A stretch of 64,000 nt of DNA, taken from positions 384,001 to 448,000 of the forward strand of contig JBMNHS010000001.1 of the NCBI GenBank assembly GCA_050950505.1, read 5' to 3'. The stretch comes from Candidatus Methanomethylophilaceae archaeon. Lineage in GTDB: Archaea; Thermoplasmatota; Thermoplasmata; Methanomassiliicoccales; Methanomethylophilaceae. A program made the position numbers and the translations under genes. A model generated the notes under the pieces. The model had not been told where the DNA came from and searched no databases. It saw only the letters and a program-made list of their open reading frames with translations. Below, one piece after another: positions 1 to 10,300 of this stretch (within the stretch, counting starts at the first letter, position 1; each line of letters starts with the position of its first letter).

Positions 1-918
1 CATGCCGTCCCGGTCCGACTCGTCGCGCAGATCCGTGATGCCTTCGATATCTTTGTTTCTGACACGGTCGGCGATGCGTTCGATAAGAACGGCTTTGTTG
101 ACCTGATACGGCAACTCGTCGACGACGATGCGGGATTTCCCGTTTTCCATCTCTTCTATGTGAGTTTTGGCCCTGACTCTGAGCCGTCCCCTTCCGGTTC
201 TGTAGGCTTCCCTTATTCCGGACAGGCCGTGAATCACACCGCCGGTGGGGAAGTCGGGGCCGGTGACGATTTCGTTGAGATCGTCGTTGGTGGCTTCCGG
301 GTTGTCTATGAAGTAAATGATTGCGTTACATACTTCCGTGAGATTGTGGGGGGCCATCTTTGTGGCCATTCCCACTGCGATTCCGTCGGAACCGTTGACC
401 AGAAGGTTGGGGAACTTCGACGGCAGAACCGAGGGCTCTTTCAAAGAACCGTCATAGTTGTCGACGAAATCCACGGTTTCCTTATCGATGTCCGCAAGCA
501 TGTCCGCGGAGAGTTTGGCGAGTTTCGCTTCGGTGTAACGCATCGCGGCGGCGGGATCCCCGTCCATGGAACCGAAGTTTCCCTGACCGTCCACCAAAGG
601 ATATCTCAGTGAGAAGTCCTGTGCCATCCTTACCATCGAATCATAAGCGGAGGTGTCTCCGTGAGGATGGTATTTGGCCAACACTTCACCCACCACTTTG
701 GCGGATTTGCTGTATGAACGGTTGTGGTGCATGCCCATGTCGTGCATGGCGTAGAGTATCTTGCGGTGAACGGGTTTGAATCCGTCACGGGCGTCGGGAA
801 GGGCACGTCCGACGATGACGCTCATCGAATAATCGATGTAGGAGCGTTTCATCTCTTTTTCAATCGTCTGGTTCAATATTTTTCCGTCTGCCGTTTCTTC
901 AATGTAATTCTCAGTCAT
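1..918 (-). CDS. gyrA: DNA gyrase subunit A (5' part; runs off the window start)
   Basis: Manual translation from ATG at 918: MTENYIEE...[28 protein letters not shown]...KYHPHGD...[18 protein letters not shown] (catalytic Tyr motif). Starts 4 nt after the gyrB stop. Absent from the ORF track because it is truncated. Confidence 0.97.
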   Translation of the reverse strand, partial: MTENYIEETADGKILNQTIEKEMKRSYIDYSMSVIVGRALPDARDGFKPVHRKILYAMHDMGMHHNRSYSKSAKVVGEVLAKYHPHGDTSAYDSMVRMAQDFSLRYPLVDGQGNFGSMDGDPAAAMRYTEAKLAKLSADMLADIDKETVDFVDNYDGSLKEPSVLPSKFPNLLVNGSDGIAVGMATKMAPHNLTEVCNAIIYFIDNPEATNDDLNEIVTGPDFPTGGVIHGLSGIREAYRTGRGRLRVRAKTHIEEMENGKSRIVVDELPYQVNKAVLIERIADRVRNKDIEGITDLRDESDRDGM

Positions 919-922
919 GTTA

Positions 923-2839
<1,917 letters not shown>

Positions 2840-2883
2840 TCATCTGATTCCGATGCTCACTATGCTTCCCTATGCATCACCCC

Positions 2884-2918
2884 TATATATACACGCGTGT
2901 AGCGCGCACGCGCGCGCG
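2884..2918. promoter_or_regulatory. gyrBA TATA box and adjoining alternating purine-pyrimidine tract
   Basis: TATATATA at 2884-2891, about 57 nt upstream of the gyrB ATG, followed on + by CACGCGTGTA GCGCGCACGCGCGCGCG. Lies in the divergent gyrB/thiC intergenic region. Confidence 0.6.
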
Positions 2919-2987
2919 AGAAAACCCATTTTTCCGGCGTCGGGAACAGTAAAATAAAGATAGACGGATTTGCGGGACGGGTATTCT

Positions 2988-4280
2988 ATGAGCACCATAA
3001 TGGAACAGGCGCGCAGAGGCGGTTGCAAAGAGCTCGTGCGCAAAATTGCCGAAAAGGAAAGGGTCAGTGAAGAGTTCGTCCGAAACGGGATAGCATCGGG
3101 ACGCATCGTCGTTCCCCTCAATCCCGTGCACAATCCGGAACCCTGCGCCATCGGAGAAGGCCTCAGCGTCAAGGTCAACGTGAATCTGGGCACTTCGAGG
3201 GACATCGCCGACATCGATGCAGAATTGGAAAAGTTGGAAGTTTCCCTGAAATACGGTGCCGATTCCGTTATGGATCTCAGCACCGGCGGGGACATAGACA
3301 CCATCAGAACCCGTTTGCTGAAAGAATGCCCCGTGATCATGGGTTCCGTGCCCATCTATCAGACCGGTCTCACGGCGGCGAGAAACAACGCCGTCGTGGA
3401 CATGAGCGAGGACGATATTTTCAACGGAATCGAAAAACACGCGAAAGACGGAATGGACTTCATGACCGTTCACTGCGGCATTACCAAAGAGTCCGTGAAA
3501 TGGCTTAAACGGGCCGACAGACTGATGGACGTGGTTTCCAGAGGCGGTTCCTTCCTTACCGCTTGGATTCTCCACAACGAAGAAGAGAACCCGCTTTACA
3601 GGAATTACGATTATCTTTTGGAAATGGCCCGGAAGCATGAATTCACCCTTTCCCTGGGCGACGGGTTCAGACCCGGCTGCATTTCGGATGCCACCGACCA
3701 GGCTCAGATATCAGAACTTATGACACTGGGTCATCTTGTAAAAAGGGCAAGGGAAGCCGGCGTTCAATCCATGGTGGAGGGACCGGGACACGTTCCCCTC
3801 GGACAGGTTCCCATGAACGTCGAACTTGAAAAACGACTGTGCGACGGCGCTCCGTTTTATGTCCTGGGGCCTTTGGTCACGGACATTGCGCCGGGATACG
3901 ACCATCTGGTGGGAGCGATCGGCGGAGCCGTCGCCGCCCAGGCGGGAGCAGATTTCCTTTGTTATCTTACCCCGGCGGAACATCTGTCCCTTCCCGACGC
4001 CGATGACGTGCGGGAAGGAGTGATCGCGTCAAAGATTGCGGCGCATATCGGAGATCTCGCAAGAGGAAAAGACCGTGAAATGGACGATGCCATGGCAAAG
4101 GCCCGCAAGAGATTGGATTGGGACACCATGTTCGAAGTCTGCTTGGATCCCGACAAGGCCCGGGAATATCGGGCAAGAGGGTGCACAGAGCACGAAGACG
4201 GCTGTTCGATGTGCGGGGATGTCTGCGCGGTCAAGATTGTCAACAAATATCTGACCAAAAACACCGACCTAATCAAATGA
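2988..4280 (+). CDS. thiC: Phosphomethylpyrimidine synthase ThiC (ThiC/BzaAB/BzaF family radical SAM enzyme)
   Basis: KVNVNLGTS, MDLSTGG, VSRGGS, SLGDGFRPG, EGPGHVP, GPLVTDIAPGYDH, TPAEHL and C-terminal CSMCGDVC Fe-S motif. Start ATG 2988 preferred over TTG 2970. Confidence 0.9.
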   Translation: MSTIMEQARRGGCKELVRKIAEKERVSEEFVRNGIASGRIVVPLNPVHNPEPCAIGEGLSVKVNVNLGTSRDIADIDAELEKLEVSLKYGADSVMDLSTGGDIDTIRTRLLKECPVIMGSVPIYQTGLTAARNNAVVDMSEDDIFNGIEKHAKDGMDFMTVHCGITKESVKWLKRADRLMDVVSRGGSFLTAWILHNEEENPLYRNYDYLLEMARKHEFTLSLGDGFRPGCISDATDQAQISELMTLGHLVKRAREAGVQSMVEGPGHVPLGQVPMNVELEKRLCDGAPFYVLGPLVTDIAPGYDHLVGAIGGAVAAQAGADFLCYLTPAEHLSLPDADDVREGVIASKIAAHIGDLARGKDREMDDAMAKARKRLDWDTMFEVCLDPDKAREYRARGCTEHEDGCSMCGDVCAVKIVNKYLTKNTDLIK

Positions 4281-5053
4281 AAATCCATCCGCTGAACGGA
4301 ACCCAGACTGACGGCAAGAAGACCGGATTCTGGGATGTTTTCGCTGAAACGTATACCTCCGAACCCCAGGGGAACATGCCTGAAAAAATCGTGGAATGGT
4401 TGTGCGAAACAGACATTCTGGGTTATGACACCGAAGTGTTGGAGATAGGCAGCGGTCCCGGAACCTATTCGTTCCCATTGGCCGCCGTTTCGAAAAAGGT
4501 CACCTGTCTTGATTCCTCGGCCGGAATGCTGAAAAGACTGAAAGACAGAATGGATTCCGAAGGGGTGACCAACCTGGAAACCGTGAACGGGGATTGGGAT
4601 TCTTTCGATTCCGGCAGGAAATGGGACGTGGTTGCGGCAACTCTGTGTTCCTTTCTCGGCACCCCGGATTCCTTGGATAAAATGGATTCCCTGGCCGTGA
4701 AACATTGCGTAATGGTCTCCTGGATAAGAAATCACAATGACGATCTTCAGGACGAAATATGGGCCGAATTGGGCAAAGAATACAGTTTTTCCGAAAGAAC
4801 CACAGACCGAATTACAGAGATTCTGGAATCCACGGGAAGAACTTTCGAAAACAGGGAGTTTGAAGACCGTATCCGCACGAGAATCCCGGTGGCGGAAGCC
4901 GTGAAGAGGAACGCGTCAACGTTTTCCGTGTTCGGACTTGAAGACAAAGCCGGAAAGATTGCGGAACGAATCATAAAGGAACGGTCAACGGACGGCATTT
5001 ACGCCCTTGACGTGACGAACGCGTTGCGTGTGACCGTTTGGAATCCCGTTTAA
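4277..5053 (+). CDS. Class I SAM-dependent methyltransferase
   Basis: VLEIGSGPG motif I and VTCLDSSAGML motif II. ATG overlaps the thiC stop (ATGA at 4277-4280). Confidence 0.88.
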   Translation: MKIHPLNGTQTDGKKTGFWDVFAETYTSEPQGNMPEKIVEWLCETDILGYDTEVLEIGSGPGTYSFPLAAVSKKVTCLDSSAGMLKRLKDRMDSEGVTNLETVNGDWDSFDSGRKWDVVAATLCSFLGTPDSLDKMDSLAVKHCVMVSWIRNHNDDLQDEIWAELGKEYSFSERTTDRITEILESTGRTFENREFEDRIRTRIPVAEAVKRNASTFSVFGLEDKAGKIAERIIKERSTDGIYALDVTNALRVTVWNPV

Positions 5054-5060
5054 AAGTGAA

Positions 5061-5135
5061 TGGAGCCACTGGAGGGAATCGAACCCCCGACCAACGGTTT
5101 ACGAAACCGTCGCTCTACCGCTGAGCCACAGTGGC
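5061..5135 (-). tRNA. tRNA-Thr(CGT), CCA encoded, no intron
   Basis: Reverse complement GCCACTGTGGCTCAGCGGTAGAGCGACGGTTTCGTAAACCGTTGGTCGGGGGTTCGATTCCCTCCAGTGGCTCCA: 7-bp acceptor stem, anticodon stem ACGGT/ACCGT with loop TTCGTAA, GTTCGATT T-loop. TTTAAA box about 25 nt upstream. Confidence 0.97.
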
Positions 5136-5186
5136 ATATGGAGCACGAATAGACTACAGCTTTTAAATGTTTACACGGATTTCGCG

Positions 5187-5993
5187 TCACCGGAATCTCG
5201 GGAACATGCTCTTGAAATACAACGCGTCCTTGGTGGTTTCCGGGGATTCGCATATGAATGTGCAGTCTCCGCCGTAACCGTTCATGATGTCGGCGAGCAG
5301 CTGCATGTCAGGTTCTTTGTGATTCAACGTCAAATGCTTCTTTTCGCCTTTGTCGCCGTAGTCAATGCCGCTTATGTGAAAGTGCGCTATGTCACCGCAC
5401 AGGGAAAGAAACTGATTCGTAAGATTTTTCATGTCTTCCTCGGTTTTCAACGCACCCACGCCCCTGGCGTGCACGTGTGCCACGTCGAGGACCGGACGGA
5501 CTCCGTCGACTTCTTCCATAATTTCGCTTATTTCGTCCAACGTCCCGAACTGACCCTGTTTTCCCATGGTTTCCACGCCGAGGATAACGTCGTCAATCCC
5601 TTCGTTGTCCATGTTGTCCCTGCAGATTGTGAGTCCTTCGATGACGGAATCCAACGCCTCTTTGGGTTTTTTGCCGTAAGTGGCGGCATGAATGACGATT
5701 ATGTAAGCTCCCATGAGATGGGCGGTCCGGGCCGTGTCCATGACCCATTCCACACTTCTTTTCCGGGTTTCCGGCTTGTCGGAATTGAAACTGATGTAAT
5801 ACGGGGCGTGACAAGAAAGTCTGATATCGAGTTCTTTCGCTTTTTCACCTATCTTCAAGGCGCGTTCCTCCGCCATCTTCGCTCCCCTTACCAAACCCAC
5901 TTCCAACGCGTCAAGGCCGATGGATCTGGTATATTCCAAAGCGCCGAAGGCATCCTTGCCTTCGGAAGGATATCCCGCCGGTCCGAATCTCAT
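5187..5993 (-). CDS. nfo: Endonuclease IV-like AP endonuclease (archaeal type, TIM barrel)
   Basis: RFGPAG N-terminus, HAPYYISFNS, VIHAA, GVETMGK..QFGTLDE, LDVAHVHAR, HFHISGI, EKKH, ICESP metal ligands. Confidence 0.88.
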   Translation of the reverse strand: MRFGPAGYPSEGKDAFGALEYTRSIGLDALEVGLVRGAKMAEERALKIGEKAKELDIRLSCHAPYYISFNSDKPETRKRSVEWVMDTARTAHLMGAYIIVIHAATYGKKPKEALDSVIEGLTICRDNMDNEGIDDVILGVETMGKQGQFGTLDEISEIMEEVDGVRPVLDVAHVHARGVGALKTEEDMKNLTNQFLSLCGDIAHFHISGIDYGDKGEKKHLTLNHKEPDMQLLADIMNGYGGDCTFICESPETTKDALYFKSMFPRFR

Positions 5994-6109
5994 GAGACCT
6001 GGACGGAAGTATTGCTATTTCAGTATTGTCAAACCTTCCGTCGATATCTGGCTCTTAACAATGCTTCATCACGGCAAAGGATTACTATCCGTAAAGCATC
6101 GGAACTTGC

Positions 6110-6907
6110 GTGCAAATTGAATTGGATGTGGCGCTGGATCCCACATTGGGATGCGGACAGGCCCACCGGTGGAAAAAAGAAGACGGCGTCTGGAAAGGCG
6201 TCATCGGCAATAACGTGATAACATTGACCCAGACCGAAAACGGTTTCGAGTTTGAAGGTTGTGACAGGAACCTTCTTCTCGATTATTTCAGACACGGAGA
6301 CGATTTGTCTTCAATAATAAATGAAATTTCCGGAAAGGATGATTTCGTCGCAGATCTGGCTCTTAAATGCCCCGGTCTCAGGATACTGAAACAGGACCCC
6401 TGGGAATGCACCGCCACGTATATTCTTGCCACCAACGCAAACGTGAAGAGAATCGGGAAGATGGTGGAATCGGTCTGCAGCACTTTCGGCACGGATCTCG
6501 GAGAAGCTTATTCCTTCCCTTCGCCGGGTCAGATTCTAGACAAATCCGATTGCATCGAAGACTGCAGGTTGGGATACAGGACGGAAAGATTCCTGGGATT
6601 CGCAAGAATGGTGGACGAAGGGGAATTCAATCTGAAAGAACTCATGAAGGCCGATTACGGGGAATGCGTGACCGAATTGAAGAAGGTGCCCGGCGTCGGT
6701 CCGAAAGTCGCCGATTGCACCGCATTGTTTGCTTTCGGGCATCTTGAGTCGTTTCCGGTGGACGTCCGGATTTCAAAAATAATGAAGGAAGTTTACGGTG
6801 TCGAAGGCAACAACGAAAAGATTGCCGAAGCCGGACGGAGAATGTTCGGAAGGTACGCCGGATACGCTCAGGAACTTCTCTATCATTCCGGCGAGATTCC
6901 CTCTTGA
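6110..6907 (+). CDS. ogg: 8-oxoguanine DNA glycosylase (OGG1 family, HhH-GPD)
   Basis: TLGCGQAHRW, GLRILKQDPWE, HhH VPGVGPKVADC, FPVD, YAGYAQELLY. Confidence 0.9.
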   Translation: MQIELDVALDPTLGCGQAHRWKKEDGVWKGVIGNNVITLTQTENGFEFEGCDRNLLLDYFRHGDDLSSIINEISGKDDFVADLALKCPGLRILKQDPWECTATYILATNANVKRIGKMVESVCSTFGTDLGEAYSFPSPGQILDKSDCIEDCRLGYRTERFLGFARMVDEGEFNLKELMKADYGECVTELKKVPGVGPKVADCTALFAFGHLESFPVDVRISKIMKEVYGVEGNNEKIAEAGRRMFGRYAGYAQELLYHSGEIPS

Positions 6908-7284
6908 ACGGCAATGTCGGGCAGAGCGCATCTCGGAGGATTGTATCCCGTGTATTCCTTGTAAATTTCGGCAAGCATGCCGCTGTTTTTGACGACAGCA
7001 CACAGTCTGCAGACTTCGGTTGCGAAATCCGCGTCCTCCAACGCCAACCGTCCGGAAGAAATTTTAATCTCGTCGGTGAAAACTTCGTAAAATTCACTGT
7101 TCTGAATTATTTCGTTCTCTCCTCTCTTCTTTTTGAGATACTGTGAAATCGCGGCATCGGTCACTTCAAATTTCCTTGCGACGTCTGCCTGTTTCATACC
7201 GTATGTCGTCACAAGTTCTTTTGCGATCTCCCTCCGTATCGCGGGAAGAACGTACCAAACCACAATCTCACAGGGAACTTTCAT
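6883..7284 (-). CDS. Archaeal HTH transcriptional regulator (COG2522-like)
   Basis: MKVPCE...LPAIRREIAKEL...MKQADVARKFEVTDAAISQYLKKKRG HTH and C-terminal CRLC. Start at MKVPC preferred. Confidence 0.85.
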   Translation of the reverse strand: MKVPCEIVVWYVLPAIRREIAKELVTTYGMKQADVARKFEVTDAAISQYLKKKRGENEIIQNSEFYEVFTDEIKISSGRLALEDADFATEVCRLCAVVKNSGMLAEIYKEYTGYNPPRCALPDIAVQEGISPE

Positions 7285-7312
7285 AGAAATTAACAATAGT
7301 TCATTCTATATA

Positions 7313-10300
7313 TCATTTACGAGAAATAGCGCCGGGATTCGACTTCAGATAAAACTCAACGGCGTCCCAATCCTCCTCGGGTTCGGAAGAAGAGTCTTTT
7401 CCTATCTGGACTCCCAGAGACCGTGCGACTGTATTAAGATATCTGAACGCCCTGTCGGAACCTTCGAAGTCTTCGATTTTGGAACCGGCGTAGGACAGTC
7501 TGCCTTTGAAGTGCCCGATTATCTCGGTTCCTTTTATGATTACCGGGCCGCTCTGTCCGGATTCTTTTCTTATCCACGGTCGGATGAACACGTGAAGGTT
7601 GTCCTGTGAATTCAATATGAAGGTATTGCCGTGAATTCTCGGTTTGTTTCCCACATCCTCGGCAAGCATCCACATTACCGTCGGATCGTCCTTCAGGAAA
7701 AATCCTTTCTTGAGGAATCCTTCCTTCTCCAGCATGGCCAAAACCGAACGTATTTCGGACATTCTTACCGGCATGAATCTGGAAAGGTCTTCCGCCGACG
7801 ATATTCCGAAATCCCGGAAATGGTACCTGAAGACTTCCTTCAGCGCCTCTTCCTTCGATATGTTCGGCAACGGAACCTCAACATAATAAGAATCCTGATC
7901 CTGGCACACCACGGTTAAATCCGACAGTTCGTTGAGAATCTCATTCGTTCGGAGTTCCGAAAACGGTGACATGGAGATAATTTCTTTCTTTGACACAGGG
8001 GCAAAATCCCTGATGAGAGCAAGTAAAAGACAGTCGTCTTCGCTCAGAGGTTCGGCTTTGGCGGCTCTGTATATCTGTGCGAACTCCCTTGTGGTGTATC
8101 CCACGTACGAAGGGAAAAGTTTGGCCTTTACGAGGTAACCTCTTTCTTCCTGTTTCCTCACGGTGGTTTTGTCCAGCACGCGTGAGTATATTTCCTGGTC
8201 CCCGCGGATGTATCCTCTGGATTCCACGGCGTTCATGACGGTGGGATACCTGTCGTTTCCGCCCACCCGCTGCTTGGAGAACATGTAACTGAGATATTCC
8301 CTGTCGTCCATGAGATATTCCGCAAAATCCCCTTTTGCGTAGAATCCGTTGACGAATCTGTATCCCGCCTCTTCCAGCGCCGTGACGTGTTCCTCGGGCA
8401 GATCCGCCGCGTCCTTTTCCATCACTTCGCGGATGCGCACGATGTCCGTGTCTTTCATCCTGTAATACCCCATGACGCCGTCTATGGCTTTCAGGGCGGC
8501 CGGAAGAAGATCCGGAGAATTGAGATCGAAGGCGCGGATTTCGATGCATCCGGACATTTCCCACATTTCCAGAGCGCCCATGAGGACGGAGCCTCTGATC
8601 AGAGGGTACATCCACCTTTCCCCGTATCTTGCCGACAGTTCCGCCCATTTGGAGGATATGTCGGGGTCCCAGGGTGTGCAAAGACGTATTTCGGCTTCGT
8701 GTCCCTTTATATCTTCCAAATCGGGTATTTCGTCTTCGAAAACATACATGGGAGTCTGAGAATCGCCGACGATTATTTCTGCGGCGTTTATTTCTTCCAT
8801 GAGTCTTTTGGCGTCTTCGGGGGCGACGCCCAACATGAATCTCAATGCCTGTATCGGAACCGGACCGTAAGCCCTCACGGTCTTTTCCGCGAATCCCAGC
8901 AACGGATCCGGTCCCGGGTCTTCCGGACGGTATGCTTCGTACACGTTTTCGGAAACCCAGTTTTCCCGGTCGCTGAAAGAACGCACGACTTTCAGAGAAC
9001 GGTCCAATCTGTACAACGAGGCTTTCATGGCATCTTTGTCCGCTTCCATGACGTTCACAAGTTGGCGGAGAGTCGCATTGCCCATGTTTTCGATTGTTCT
9101 CAGCACGGCTTCGTCGTAGGGTTCGGTTTCGTCGAATCGCATGGCGGCGAAACCCGCGGCATCCTTCGCCAAAGCGAATCTTACCCTTCCCCGCATGAAT
9201 CTTCCGAGCAACAGTCTTCCGTCAAGACGCATCTCATCCCATTCTCTGATGTCGAAGTTCCCGACCCTGCTGTATACATCGATGGGGCTTCCCGCCGAAC
9301 CGTAGAATTCAAAAAATTCCTCTATGGTCCGGAATCTGCGGCCTTTGGTGGCACGGTAGTCTTCCACGGTTTCGAAACTGTACACGTTCTCTTTGCCGGC
9401 ACGGAGTCTCATCCTGTCGTCTTTGAGCATGTACTGATCGTCTTCGGCAATCAGGAACCGTCCTTTGACCACGTCGCCGCAGCCCACCAAAGACTCAAGA
9501 GAAGCTTTGGCTTCCTCTTCCGTCAGGGACAGGGCGAAGGCAACTTCCCTAAGGGTCGCGGGGGCGTAACATTCCAGATGGCGCAGGATTATTCTGTCCA
9601 TGGCCGTATTTTTGTCTGCTTCGGGAATGTCCGCCACGGAGTACAGCCATCTTCCTTTGCCGGCGACGGCGGTCCGGGAAACCAGGTACATGGATTCCAT
9701 TTTCCGCATCGAACGGTAAACCATGTCTTCGCTGAGTTCCAGCCTGTTGGATATGTCTTTGATCGGTGTGTTCGCGCCGATTTCGTCAAACACTTTGGCA
9801 TCCGCTTCGTTCAGTTCCCTTTCCTTGGCGGTGGCCGCGGCATAGTAAAGGATTTCCTCCGTCGCCATCACGTAGGGGTCGTCCATGAACACGGAACCCA
9901 GTTTTCCTTCCTCGAAAAGTTCCTTGATCCAACCGTCCACGGTTTTCCTGTCTTCGTCGGAATAAGCGTAAATGTTTCTGCCTCTCTCGCGGAGGGCCTG
10001 AAGGGGGCCGGTCCTCAGAAGCATGGGCACTATATCGTTTTTGGACTGCACCCGTCCGATTTTTTCCCTGAAATAAGGTATGACGCTGTCCTCTTCGAAC
10101 TCAAAATCCTTAACCGCGTCCCCCAAGGCGCGGTACAGGACTTTGCGGTGAAGTTCCCGCAGCAGGGCCGAGCGGTCTTCCATGAGGACGATGTCCGAGA
10201 ATGAGGATATGATTGCGCTGTGGGCGAAAGGCGACGGGGTTCCGGTGTACGGGATGACTTTGACGTTCATCTTCCCTTCTTCGATAAGATTCAGAACGTA

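Noticed and set aside
2920-2990. TPP riboswitch upstream of thiC
   Set aside because: No CUGAGA-type core and too little space.
5061-5135. tRNA-Thr as an integration site
   Set aside because: I saw no duplicated tRNA 3' end and no integrase in the window.
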